Source: Gonapodya sp. JEL0774 (lineage: Eukaryota). From it: 53,668 bases of DNA. Below the pieces are notes generated by a model. It was given only the letters and a program-made list of their open reading frames with translations. It searched no databases and was not told where the DNA came from. Of the stretch, positions 1-12,730 are shown piece after piece (positions within the stretch are counted from its first letter, which is position 1; each line of letters opens with the position of its first letter). The DNA is taken from positions 620,001 to 673,668 of the forward strand of contig JADIIX010000001.1 in assembly GCA_027604505.1 (NCBI GenBank). Reading direction: 5' to 3'. A program made the translations under genes and the position numbers.

Positions 1-12
1 TCTCTTCTTCAG

Positions 13-119
13 CTGTGGTTTTTGAGCGAAATCCAGTTGACGGGTCACTGAATGAGGTGGCGAGAGTGAGCTTGCCGGAGGGTGTTCAGATCACAACATT
101 CTTGTGGGTGAGAGTGTGA
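13..119 (+). CDS. Probable last exon of a 7-bladed beta-propeller lactonase-family gene (5' part outside window)
   Basis: After a pyrimidine-rich acceptor (tctcttcttcag) the frame reads VVFERNPVDGSLNEVARVSLPEGVQITTFLWVRV*. This resembles the VVF.RD..TG.L..V C-terminal blade of 6-phosphogluconolactonase-like proteins. Short fragment only. Confidence 0.35.
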
Positions 120-432
120 CTCCATGAAATGGACTTTGAAGACCATGATTCGCATGATATCTTTATAATAAAGTTCTCGAATTGAACCACCCAGCATGAG
201 AATACTATAAGTGACGAGCAAAAACAGGAGTGAGATTGACACCAATAGGAGGGTCCCAATGCAAAGTGGTATGGCTACTAATATGCAAGTTTTTTGTTCG
301 TTAACATCCAAGACTATGTACAACTACAGGATAGCTGTCGGGAGTTGGCGGCACTGCCCGATCACTCTATACTCTACATTGAACAAATACACTCGGGAAG
401 AGAGGGGACTCGCCACATCCACACTACGGAGC

Positions 433-2286
433 TCACTTCTTCGCTTTCCTTCTTCTCACTTCCTTTTCCAGCTCCTTCTCCTTCGCCTCTGCACTTTCGA
501 TTCGTGCCTCCAGCTCACTTACCATCCGAGTGTACTCCCGTGCCACAGCTGGCTGCTTCGCATTAGCGGCAAGACGGGATTTAGCTCGGACGAGGTCAGC
601 GCGAAGACGAGGGAGGAGCAGAGAAAGTTGAAGGAGGGAGGAGGCGGGGTTATCTGACGAGGAAGAGGGGTTTGTTGCGAGCTTGGAAGACAAGAACGGT
701 GTCGATTTGGAAGTGCCGGAGTGAAAGGCGTTGGTATGGGCATGTTGGTGGTGATGTGAACGAGTTTTATGCTGGGACTGGTTGAGAGCACCTTGCAAAA
801 ATGCAAAAACATCCTGGCCTGGACCGTCGCTAGTACCTTGACCGACTCCCCCGCCCTTCGCAGACTTGTGATGTCGCGTATTGCCCCTATGTTGACGTGC
901 CTCTGCATTGTTCCTCCTTCGTCTCCCTTTCTTCGGTCGCCTCTCCCCTTCGGCATCATAGTCCAGGCCCGCGTTGGCTGTCCTAACGACAACCTCAACT
1001 GGATCCACTTTCCCCTGTCCGTGCTTCCCCAAACCCGTTCCTGGAACATAACCCATTCGGGCCATCAGCCGTGACGCAAAACCTCGGGTGTGCGCCTCCC
1101 ACCTCGCAAACGGGGAAGCACCACTGTTGAATTCGCTGGGGACAGGCAGGAGTGCAAAGGAAGGACGGATCGAGTCTGGGTCAATGGGAGGAGAGGATTC
1201 GTTGGAGGAGAAGGACATATCCGAGCCCGAATCGGAGTCCGACTCTGAGGCCATATTTGAGTCGGAAGAATCATCGGAGCCCATGGAACTGCGTGAGTAG
1301 ACGGACTCATCGTCGTCATCGTCGTCGTCCTTCCGGCGCTTCTTCCCTGTGATGCTGCTATCCGATTCTGCATCCTCTTGTCCCATTCCAACATCCACCA
1401 TTGAAAACACATCATCGTGTCGCAGTTCCTTAGCTCCATCTTCTGAGTAACCTTCGTACAATACGACGTACGTACTCCCACCACCCGTCACAGCACGCAC
1501 GCGAGCCGGGTACCACCGTTCCTCCGGAGGCCATCTTGGGCCTCTGGGATAAAACCGCGCCCAGACTCGTGCTCCCGGCTTGAGATCTTCTGTCGAAAGC
1601 CCAGCGGGGTCATTGGGTATGGAGACTGATGGGTCCAAAGCAGAGGAGAGGGACGCCTCGTAGGGTAAGATATCAGAGAGGGGAACTTGAAGACCCGTGG
1701 AAGCAAGCTCGGCTGTTGGAGGAGTGAGGAGGAGAACTGAGCACAACGGGTCCGGAAGTGCCGTAACCGAAGAGTCCGAGCTTGGATTTGATGTTGGGTT
1801 GTCGATACGAGAGACAACGCCGGCGAGCAAGTAGATATGGAGGCCATCCTCTGTCGCGTAGGGCACGCACACCTTGTCACCCAGATTTGGAATGTGCTTC
1901 AACCCAGAATCCTCGTCATTGGTTGGCTCAATACACGAAGTTTGGTCGTGGCTGTCAGATAATACCGGTACTGCTACTTCACCGGTCACAGTCCTGTCAG
2001 TTTGCGTGACATTTGTGGGCGGATCACCAGTCAAAGCAGCAAGTTCTCGAAGGTCTTGAACGAGGCTGCACAACTTTATCGTTATTGTTGGTTTTTAATT
2101 CGATTTTCAGCGAGAATTCGGTTGACACACGGTGCAATCCCCGTCGAAAACATTCACCAGCTGCTATGAGCGGACAAGAGAACGATCACTTGCGCTCACC
2201 TCCTTGTTCTCGGGGTCCAAACTCAAAAGTTGCTCCGCCTCCCTGAGCTCCGACCAAACTCCCACACCGGGGTCGTCCCCATTCAT
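433..2286 (-). CDS. ZGPAT-like Tudor + G-patch protein (2 exons: 2286-2200, 2073-433; a small extra 3' exon is possible)
   Basis: Spliced N-terminus [26 protein letters not shown] matches the ZGPAT/SPF30-type start. Tudor-like [31 protein letters not shown]-patch [41 protein letters not shown] motif and C-terminal coiled coil. Donor GTGAGC at 2199. Confidence 0.85.
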
Positions 2287-2690
2287 TCGTGAGGCCGAGG
2301 TTGGACGAATTTGCAATGAATCATGTGCCACTCGCTCAAAACACTCGGCATGTGTGAGACAACACACCCCAATCCCGAATCTGAGTTCTGAAAAGGAATT
2401 ACTTGGAAAAATTTAATTTGTTGATTCGGGAATCGAATTTAGAAACGAGAATCGAATTCAAGAGCTGGGTTGGAACGGCTTTCAAGTCACTACATTGGAA
2501 CTGCAGTTGAGCTGCGGATGGTCTGCACAGGGCCAGCTGGTATGACGACTTCGAACCTCCGGTCATATGTTGTGACGCTAACATCCATCTTCTCGTCATT
2601 TGTGACGTTTTAACGACCATTTGGTGATTCATAAGATTCAGAAGAACTCAGCGGACATTCTCCCCATTCTAAATTGCTCCATGATTAAGA

Positions 2691-5600
2691 ATGACATCCA
2701 ACGATAGACGAATTTCTCTTGCGGATGGGAGACGCGTCATCTTTGAGACCACGGCTGGGATCGCTGAGGTAGTCAAGGGGAAACCCGGCAGGACAGAGGA
2801 TGCCGTCGTGGTATGTGTCAGTCGTGAGAATCCAACACCAAAGACAAAGGTCGAGTCTTGTGATGGAGAATAGACGAGTGCAGAATGGACAGCTCGCAGG
2901 CAAAGGTGGATTTCGGAGTGCCGACCTTTGGCCTAGCGAAATCGCGAGTGGAACTTTAAATGCGACTACTTCGACTTTTCAAACCATCCGTTTGTATTGT
3001 CGACGGACGGATTGAGCTGAGTACGGATACTAAGCTGCTCCAGTGTGAACCGCCCACGGCACACTGTCAAAGTGCTGCCGGACATGCATGAAGCAATATT
3101 GAACAAAACTATCGTAAGGCATTGGCCATGTATGAGGTGCTGAATGAGTGGAGTGTCTGCGAATTGGAATGGGACCAGTTTCAAGGAACACCACGATGCT
3201 GTTCTTGGTCGTCGTGTCGGGGCGCGGTTTGTAACCTCCGCAAACTGGTGGTTTGGCGACCAACATTTTACTCTGCAGTTGCGAACTGGGTAGTGGGGTC
3301 CGTCCACCGACGCTCCCTCTTTAAACATGAATTGAGTTCCGTTTTAATGCGCCTACTCTATTCAAACTGTCGCTTCCACCCCAAACCTCCCACTCACTGT
3401 CCGTATCATATTCACACCGGAACTTCAACTTCTCGAGAAAGACAATCACAGAACACTCGCTCGTGATATCGAAAAGTGATGGCAAGGTGAGACTTACTTT
3501 CGAGTAATGCGGGCGGCTTACCTTCCCCTGGGAACGGTAGTTGCCCCACCAAACAGGATTTTTGTGCACTGCTCAACGTAGTCGATTTTTGATGATGACT
3601 TTCGACGCCATGTCGCGCCTCGTGCTTTTCTTCGCCTTTGCTCCCTTCTCATTGCGTTCCTTCAGCCTCCAATCTCTCTCCACCTCCGCTCTCTCACTTC
3701 TCTCTCGTCACCGAATCCGACTACTCTACTCATCTCCACTGTTGCGGGTATCACGTATCAAATTGCTACGGGTGGGGGTGGGGTTGATGGATTGGTGGCT
3801 TATGTGATAGACGGACTGGAGAGGGACTTTCCAGGCATGGGCGGGGGCAGTTTAGAGGTAGAGGGGGTGGGAAAGGAAAGGTGGGTCTGCAATTTGAATT
3901 GAAAACGGGGTGTGGATGGGATGGGAGTGTCCAGGACGGGGACTGAGTCCACATCAGACCGAAGCCTGAGTGAATTGGCAAGTCGCAAACTGGACCCTCG
4001 TGACCCTCTTGATGCCGTGTCGGTTGATGCTTTCGCCTTCAGATCAGCCCTATGCTGGGTCCAATGTTTCTTGTGCGATGTCGCAGAGTGTTTCTGTGCA
4101 CATGGGCGTCCAGTCAGCCAGAAGAGAGCATTTGTTGATCCACCGCAACCTCTCGTCCACATCGGTGTATCCTAACCGCGTGCCGTCTCCCCGCCAATTT
4201 TGTTTCTTTCCAAACCAATATCTCGCACGATAGGCTCTCCGCTATCCATGCCCTTCACCCTGACCTTGCTCACCGGGACCCTGGACCGGGAATGGGCATC
4301 ATGAGATCATACGAATCCATGTGTGGTAGGTTGCTATGACGTCGTGGGCACGGTTTTGGTCCACTATGTCAGATTAGTCGCTGCTACGTGGGCATTTATT
4401 TTTGCGGAGAAGAATTCAAGAATCGCGATAGACTCACAACTCCTCGCTGCCGTCCTCCCCGCGCAACGTAGAATATTGCACAGTCCCCCCTCATCCCACT
4501 ACTCTCCGCCTTCTGGACCATGCCACAAATCTACCTTCGGACCCCTTACTAACTCCTTCCATCTCCCTCGCCGACCATCCGGACTCGGCGTTACCTTTGA
4601 CACTCGCTTTGGCATATAATGGGTGGTGCAGGGGACTGGAGGTCGAAGGTCCCACACGGGGGGATGTTGCTGAGGCGGTTGTCGGGTGGGCAGGTGGAGG
4701 TGGAGTTGCAGAGGAACTGGTGGGTCAAAGAATGTTTTTCCGTTGGATGAATTTACCACATAGTTAAATTTCTCGTCCCTCCATCGTCCGGACAGCGCCT
4801 CACCTCCACGGGACTCCCGCCCACTTACCACTACTCTCTGTTCTCTACCTTAGCAGAGAACCCCGACCTAGCTGTCCGCCGCATCCGCATTTTTGGTGAA
4901 TCGCTAGACGAGCGTTCACTTGCGGCTATAGTGGATTGGCTTTCGGGGTCAACGCGACGCGGAGGAGTGATAGATATTGACGTGGAGGCTGATGTGGGGA
5001 AGCGCGGTGCGTTTTATGGTTCCACGGGCAAAGATCAACTCTTTCCCTCACGATTCAATACAGGTCTGACAACTTTACTTCATCCCCTTGCCTCACCCGG
5101 GCATCGACACCTCCATTCCCTTCGCCTTCGCCATCCAACCGTCCTCAGCCAGCTGCCCCTCTCCGACAGTGCAACGGGTGCTTTGCTGACATATTTAGCC
5201 CAAGCGCGGTGGAACGCATTGCGTACAATAGAGATTGTGAACCAAGGCATTGTCCTAGATGGAGTTGGAGCGGCATTGGTTGGCGCGGGTGGAGTGCTGG
5301 AGGTTGTCCGGCTCAAGGGCAACGGGTGGAAGAAAAGTGGCAGTGAAGGGTCCTGGGTGGGTTGATGAATGAGGGCGAAAATGCTCGAAACCGACGCGTC
5401 CGTCAAGTCAAGACTCACTCTATCAACAAACTTGTTCACTGGACTTCCCAGACCGCGTTTGTCACAAACTCCTTGCATCTCCAAACGCTTGACTTATCCA
5501 GAACGGGCATTCCAGTCAACTACCTGGCGGCGGTGTTGCAAGGTGTCGCCGGACGCGCAGAGAGAAGCGGCGGCGGGGATAATCTGGAGCTGGATTTAGA

Positions 5601-8600
5601 GGCGAACAACATGGGAGGCGAGGTATGTCGGCATGCATGGCACGGTTCTTACCGCTCAATCTTTGCTTGAGATGTTGTTCCATGTCAGCACGCCGATTAT
5701 CTTAACAGCTCGCTCCCCCATCTCCGTCTGCGCCTCCTTCGACTGTCTCGAAATGATTTCGGGTCAGAGAATCATCTCCTTCCACTTATCCTCGCTCTTC
5801 GCAGCGCCCGATCCGTGTTGTCAATTGAGCTCGCTGGATGTCTCCCAACCCAGCCGCCACAAGATTTGCGACAAGTCAGGGTTGTTGCTAGAGAGATGGC
5901 GGGAGTGGTCTCGGAGGGAAGGGTTAGCGTTGCTATTGGTGGTAACAGACTGGGGCCAGGAGAGGTGGGAGTGCTCTTCGGTGGGTTACAACAGCGGGGA
6001 GGTCAGACTTGCTCACGTCAACATACTCAATCTGACTGTTGGGTGTGATGTTTTTGAACAGCGGCGCTCTCTTCGAGCTCCGTTCTCCGGCGACTCGACT
6101 TCACGGGAATGGATCTGTCTCAGGATTCTACGGCGGTGGCGCTGGGAACACTTCTCAGGACCACTCCGGTGTTGTGTGAACTTGTGGTTGACGGCACCGG
6201 GCTGGGGGTTGGTGGGTGGTCGGCAATTGCGAGGGGGTTGGAAGAGTAAGCCTCTCCTGCGATTTGCATCAGTATTCCTGAAATCAGTTTAAGGGACTTC
6301 GTGCGTTTATAAGGAACAAAACGCTTGTGTACTTGCCAACCCCGCACGATGATATCGCCAACCTGCGCTCTACTATTGTCAAGTCAGGTGGTCCCTCAGC
6401 AACTCCTGTACTGCGGCGACTTTCTGCAGCACTCAGCTCCATAGACTCCTCCCTCGCGCGGAACAGGTCCACCTCACACACTCTGCTTGTTTCAAAGTCT
6501 CGGGTAACAGAAATGGGTGTCAGGTACGCCATGGCAGTTGCTCGACGTGCAGATTCTCTCAAGATGGCGGGAGTTCCAGCCAGCAGTGTTGATGCGGTGC
6601 TTGAGTGGGCCGAACAGGTGTGGACAGTCGGCATGGACGCGGTAGCAATTGGTTTAGCGGGCGAGCGGCCGGACGCACACGTCCAAGGCGTACTTTCAAT
6701 GTGGGCGGGTGAAGTGGTTGAGTTGATTTCAGATCCACCAGCAGGGTGTACAGTGCATATTCCAGACGAGAATGAGTTTATTTCTGCTGCGAAAGAGGTA
6801 GCTCCAGCTGGAGCGTTACTTGGTAGCTTTCTGGATGTGAAGGATGCGCTCACCTGGATGTGGGGACGGATTGCGTACGCAATTATCGACAAGTTGTTTG
6901 CAGATCTTCAGGCTAAGGCACCAAAGCACCGTCCATATCCTCAAGTTGATGCCAGCCCAGTGAAGCTACCTCCTCGGCCTGCGGCTGATGCCGCGAGTAC
7001 TCATCCTCAGGAAACTGACCAGGTAGATAATATGCAAACTGATCGACAGAGTCCGCCTCTTACAACCTCAAGATCTGCGGCTCATGTGGACCCGCCGAGA
7101 CACAGTGCGGAAGTCGCAGTCGGAAATGGAAAGGAGGGCGAAGAGGAATCGAGTGTCAAAAAGAAGTCAGGACTGAAGTCTCTTGTGGGAAGTGTGAGTT
7201 TGCCAATGGAAACAACAAGCCCTGGAATTGCACTGTACTAACATCAAACTATCATTGCTTTCCCGTAGATGTTTGGGAAAAAGAAGGGTGCTAAGACCGA
7301 ATCTCAGTCATCCAGGCCCTCCAACGATAATTTAAGTGTCGTTTCACCCGATCATCAAGTCAATCCTGTCTCACCGGAACCATTACCACGCCGAGCTCCG
7401 CCTGAAGTTCCGACGCGCAAATCACTTACCGTCAACGAAGCAACAAGAGCATCAGAACAAGAGGAGTATGAGCAAGATATGACTGCGGTTATACCCGCTT
7501 CCCCTCCTCCAGCTTTCTCCGAACGACCAGCAGTGCCGGAACGTCCAACTGTGCCTGAACGTCCGCCTCGAGATCGTGCTCTATCAGGTGGTTCAAATTC
7601 ACGTGCATCTCTTGATGCTACCGCGCCATTGTCAAGAGGAGAAATTGGCGATGCAGGTCGCACAAGTCAAGACGCAGGGACGCATATAACAGAAGGATCG
7701 ACGTCAATGTCTAGAACGTCGTCAGACCTTGTGCCGGATGGAGAGGGAAGTCCAAATAGGTCAAGGAAGATGATGCCCAGCGTGGCAATGTCTGCTCTCG
7801 TGAGTTTTCAGCGTGGCACCTATGGTTTAACAATAGTGTGACTCAATTTTCTTTCAATTAGGCGGGCGTCATGATGAAGGGTGCATTAAAGAAAAGCTCG
7901 ACTGACCTGACGCCATCTGGAGCACCACTAACAGGTTTAGAGGAGATGCCCACCAGCCCCGCGAGATCGTCCATGTCCTCGTCTCGTGATCTATCACCAA
8001 CATTTATCGAACCAGCGGTTGGAGTTCTTCCTCCTCATCAACCCCAATCTCCACCCGCTGCTCCTCCGTTGGCAAAACCTGCTCCGCCACCTGTTCCTTC
8101 ACGGACTCTAGGTACTTTACCCGCCGGTGATGCAGGTCCGATCACTCCGACCCGTCCTGACAGGAGGTCGATCGCGTCCCCTCAGGATAGAGGATCCCTA
8201 ACTTCTGCAACGTTCTCTGCAGAGGAACTTGGAGCAGCGACGACCAGTCAGTCTTCAGGCTCTCGTGTTCTGGGCGCAGTTCCGCCAGAGGCTGGACCAT
8301 CTCCAGCAGCCATGCAAGCACAACGGCAGAGTCTAGTTCTCCCTCAAGAAAGTGACACCTCTGAACCCCAAGAATCTGTTCCAGCTGAAGAAAGCGCCGC
8401 CCCCACCATAGCTGCTCTCAAGAAAAAGATGCCTGCTGGTGCAATCAACATCTTTGGTTTTGCACCGCCAAAGCCGGGGGGTGGCCGTCCTAAACCTGCA
8501 CCCCGAGTTGGGTCACAAGAAGATCCCCAGGAGAGTACTGAGGAGCAATTATCACTGCAGCCACAGGAGGAAGAGGACGATGAGGATCCTGCTGAGCGGG

Positions 8601-9845
8601 CTCGCAGGGAAAAGGCCGAACAAGCGAGGGAGGAGATGGCCCAGAGGGCGATGCGAGTGTCAGCGGAAAATTTGAGGCGTGTTGGAGGAGGCGGCGGTTT
8701 CTCTGCCCCCATAACTCCAAAGCGTGAGAACAGGGATATTGTTGTTCCGCCTGGCTATACGGAGAAACATGAAGGACGGGTACCGGAAGCGAAGTCGGTT
8801 TCAACAGAAGTGAGATTTTATTGAACGACACTTTCTGCGTGTAGTTCAGAGTTGACCCCGTTCATTGAAAGCCCGCTTCTCCAGCTCCTCGCCAACCAGC
8901 CGTACCAGCAAAGCCAAAGGTTCCGCCAAAGCCTCCTCCGAAAGCCGGGGTGGTGAGTGCGCAGTTGCAATGATCGCAAAGATTGGGTTGGTCATCGATT
9001 GGGTTGGTCATGTTTTTTCTTTCTGTCATCCAGCTGGCGCAAGAGTCTCCGGAGCCCCTTGCGACTCCGTCTCGTCCATCCATGGAGCCTCTGCACGCCG
9101 CAGAGGATCATGATTCCGCTACTTCCCCGACACACGACGACGAGCCGCTGTCTCCTCGCGAAGAACCGCCTGCCAGGCCTGTAGGCGGTCCCTCCAGCAG
9201 GCGGCCACCTGTCCTAGTCGGTTCAGGATCCGTTGGAAGCGCGTTTTCGAGCAATGATGATAGGGCTGTTGAATTGGTGAGTGGAGAGCAGTAAATCGAC
9301 CGAATTTTTTGCGTACCAGGAGGGTGGATAGACTCTCTGACTTCTGTCTGGTATGGCTTTTCAGTCTGCGATCGAGTGGCTCAACAAGCATCAAACGACC
9401 GTTGTGGTTACGCACGCGGACTTTTTGAGCTGTCTCAAGGACGGAATTGTGTTGATCCATTCCCTGGAGGTGATTTGAAATCCATTGATTGCTGGCTTCA
9501 GACCGTCGACATAACTTCTCACGATCCTCTCGAACGAATCGTGTGTGCTCTCATTATAGGCCGCGTCCGGACAGGCTGCAGGAAAGTACAACAAGCGGGC
9601 AATCCTGCAGGCCCACAAGTTTGACAATCTTCAGGTAGCTGTGAATTTCATGGGAAGGCTCGGGGTACAGCTGGGAGGATTGGTGCAACCGATGGGTCAG
9701 TCATCGTTGTCTTCCTTTAGTTCGTTCGTTCGGTGATGTACAACCTGACGCTTTGCTTCCGTTTCGTCCAGATATTATCAATGAGGATCGGCAAAAGATT
9801 CTGGTCCTGTTTGTCGCGATATTGAAGCGGTTCCCGCTTCATTGA
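2691..9845 (+). CDS. CARMIL/LRRC16-like protein: PH domain, linker, LRRs, Pro-rich tail, C-terminal calponin-homology domain (multi-exon)
   Basis: Exons 2691-2810, 3442-3486, 3666-3880, 4234-4325, 4472-4719 and onward splice in frame. They give CARMIL hallmarks: GLERDFPG, KERLSAI..DPGPGMGIMRSYESMCEYC (cf. GPCGGFSQMYACVCD), ALAYNGWCRGL (cf. ALEYNQWFTKL), LRRs (LQTLDLSRTGIP, LELDLEANNMG) and NKTLVYLPTPHDD (cf. NYTLRFMPIP). Last exons encode a CH domain: WLNKH..DFLSCLKDGIVLIHSLE..HKFDNLQVAVNFM..DIINEDRQKILVLF. Confidence 0.85.
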
Positions 9846-10054
9846 GCTATGTCAATCTGTATTTAGTTTTGGAATTGGATGTACTCAGTGTGACCACTAA
9901 GGAGACTCGGAATTGAACTGTGCCAATGTCCGAATGTGCACCAGATGGTGTGTACACGAATTGAAAGAGTTCAATACACAGTCTAGGCTCAGATTGCAAG
10001 GAGTACTGCGGAAACATCAATATCGGTATCTTTGCACTCGTGAATACAGTATGG

Positions 10055-10748
10055 CCTCTGCGCTTCCGCCAACCAATCTTTGTATCTTTGTCGACTTGCT
10101 TGGGGCAACGGATTAATTTTACGGGTCGATTGAAGTCACCAAAATGGACAAACTGTGAATCAATGCATTGTGTCACGTGGTTTCCGTGTGCTGTGCCACA
10201 CAACTCAGAGTATATAAACCGCCCCTTTCCCTTCACACAACTTTATTTGTGGCACCACAAATAATTGTCTTCACACTTTTGTTGACCACAGCCATCGGTT
10301 CAACCTTCAATGGAATTACCCGCAGTCACTTTCGAGACTCCACCGCGTTCGCGCCTTCACTCTTCCTCCCGTCTCGCCGCCCCATCTTCTGCCGGCATCC
10401 GCCAAATCCATCGCTACTGTCCATATGCATCCAAGTTCTCAAAACCGACATTCCGCGCTTCCCCCCTGTCCCAGTCGGTGTTCACTGCTGTCAACAACAT
10501 GCATGGTGGAGAGGCAACCGGTGTGGCGGCGGCGGTGTCGGTAGCTGCAGGCAGTGGCGAAGACAAGTGTGCCAACCTTCACGTTGGGGAGCTCTCAATC
10601 GCCAGTACCCATCAGCATGCGGTCGATGAGAACGGCGTTATCAGTCCTCGAACTGTGTCGTTACCGCGCAGAAAAGGTTGGTGTTTGGATTCGCCGTGCT
10701 TGATGTGTGGTGTGTTGGTAACCCAACACTTCGCTTTCAAACTCGTCC
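10055..10748 (+). repeat. Left copy of ~0.7 kb inverted repeat (promoter + exon 1 + start of intron of orphan paralog A)
   Basis: Near-identical by eye to the reverse complement of ~26523-27230, starting at cctctgcgctt...aatctttgtatctttgtcgacttgcttggggcaacgg. Confidence 0.95.
10174..10218 (+). promoter_or_regulatory. E-box (GTCACGTG) and TATA box (TATATAAA) upstream of paralog A
   Basis: CACGTG at 10174-10179 and TATATAAA at 10211-10218, about 90 bp before ATG 10310. Both are conserved in the inverted copy. Confidence 0.6.
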
Positions 10749-12253
10749 TTTATACTCTCTGGCTTTTGGGAATCTACCCGTTCTTGTTATTACCATCGTT
10801 TTTAGCATCTGAGATCCGCTGCTCGTGCCCTGGACCTCGAGTTGCCCGCTTCTCTCGTCGTCGCCGTTCCTCCTGCAAACGCGAGTGCACTCCGGTTCGC
10901 CGATTGCCACGCAAGCTTGAGCGGCGTCCAGATTTCCGCACTCCCCTCCCTCCTCCTCTCCCAGCAGATGTGATCCGAATGGTGAATGGAGAGCGTGAGA
11001 AGGCTAAGGAAATGCAGGATTCTCGGGAGTTGCGAGAGGCGAATAGCAAGCGAACCGTTGGCTCTGGCGTGAACATCGGGAATGTGGTAGAGACGGCAGT
11101 GTTGCCCTACCGCGACGTGGACAAGTCCGCCCACTCGCTCCTGTCGCTTCAAAGACACCGCCTCACCCTCGGTTCGATTGGTCGGCGACCGAAAGGTCTC
11201 ATACCCAGGATATACCGGGTACCAACTTGGTGGGGAGTCACCCGGGAGCAGGCGCTTGAATTTGAGGGCCGCGAGGGGGAATTGGATATGGATTACTGGG
11301 GTGAATACTACTTTGCCGGGTCCGGTTTCGGGGAGCACCACTGCGAAGTTGAGGAGAGTGAACAAGGCAAAGATGACGAGTACGATTGTGAGGAGCATGA
11401 GATGTACGAAGAGGGTGCGGAGAGGTGTCACAACGAATTGGACGAGTACCATTCCGAGGGACAAGCGAGCTTTGAGCGCACTCAAGAAGAAGGGCGGGAA
11501 TGTGAGAATGATGATTTGCAGGTACGTCCGTAATGTGACCCTTGTAGAAACACATCGTCATGGAAGGTTGCCTAATTCTGCTAGTGGACCGATTTGCATT
11601 TGGATTCGACTTTCGCGCTGCCCCTGGCCTCCCCGATCGAATCGAACGAGTTCATCCCTCAAAAGACCATGGTGAACCGCTGGTCCGCACCAACTTTGAG
11701 TGACGAGCCCTTGGGTCAAGTCTTCGCCGTTCCGCTCGTTGCACCAGTTGCCGATGATTGCGAAATGAGAGAGTGCCTCTCAACAAATGTAAGTTTATTC
11801 GGGAATTGTCTGCGCAATTTCGATGTACAAGTGAAGTGGACGACTGGGTGTGCCTCAGCGGGTTCTCGGAGGGAACGTTGCACCGGAAAACGTGCCTTCT
11901 TGGCATCATTACGGCGCTAATATCAAAGTTCTCTTCCTCCTACAACATACCTGGTCGTCCATTAGTATTTGTGCGATCAGTTCCTAGCCATCGACCTGGC
12001 TGGTTCGCAGGACCTGACAATACTTCTTGGTGACGTGATGGGACAGAAGGACGCTTTCACACTGCCAACCCCAACTTCCCAGATTGATACACGTGGAGGC
12101 TTTGAAGAGCTGAACTCCCTCCTACGTGAAATTGGCGTCAACGACCCGTACCTTCCTGATGGACTCTTGGCGCCGCATGCAATACTCGCTGTGTTGGTTC
12201 ATTTCTCCATGCAAAGCCACAGCAGCAACGCAGACACCAGTCTGGCTGTCTGA
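10310..12253 (+). CDS. Orphan protein, paralog A (basic N-terminus, PRIYRVP domain, acidic tract; multi-exon)
   Basis: ATG after a TATA box. Intron near 10677-10805 shares its position with paralog B. Conserved blocks RCSCPGPR.ARF, S...LQR, PRIYRVP..W and C-terminal L..IG...P.LPDG are shared with B. No recognised family. Confidence 0.7.
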
Positions 12254-12730
12254 CCTCAACACTTTGAAACCTCGCACCGTCTCTTCACTAATGGCCTCTG
12301 AATTAACGTACGATACCCTACGCGAAAGAACTCTGCTTCATCCAAGAACAGAACAACATAAATCAACATCTCAACATCAATATCTTCATATTATTAAGAA
12401 CTGGCATCAAGTGTATTTCCGCACTCAAGACAGCCCCCCCACTGGCCGTTTGCACTCTTTTCTATCACTTTCATCGGATGTTCCCAGCGTCTCGCTTGGT
12501 ACTGATCTGATAGGTGCTTTGTTGAGGACGGAGTGCACAGCTTTGGCAGTGTCGGAGTTTGTTTGCGACGACGATAAACATATGTACATTACTCCTCTAC
12601 ATAGCAATTCTAAAATAAAAGCTGAATCCGACATCAACTATCTCGGAATTGAGATTGGAAAATGAGTTTGGAATATTAGGAAAACGCTTCTCTTTAGCAC
12701 CATTTCTCATCTAAGAGAGAGATGCGTCTG

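Noticed and set aside
3570..4320. Minus-strand ORFs suggesting a small separate gene
   Set aside because: They are antisense to CARMIL exons 3-4, which splice in frame with clear family motifs.
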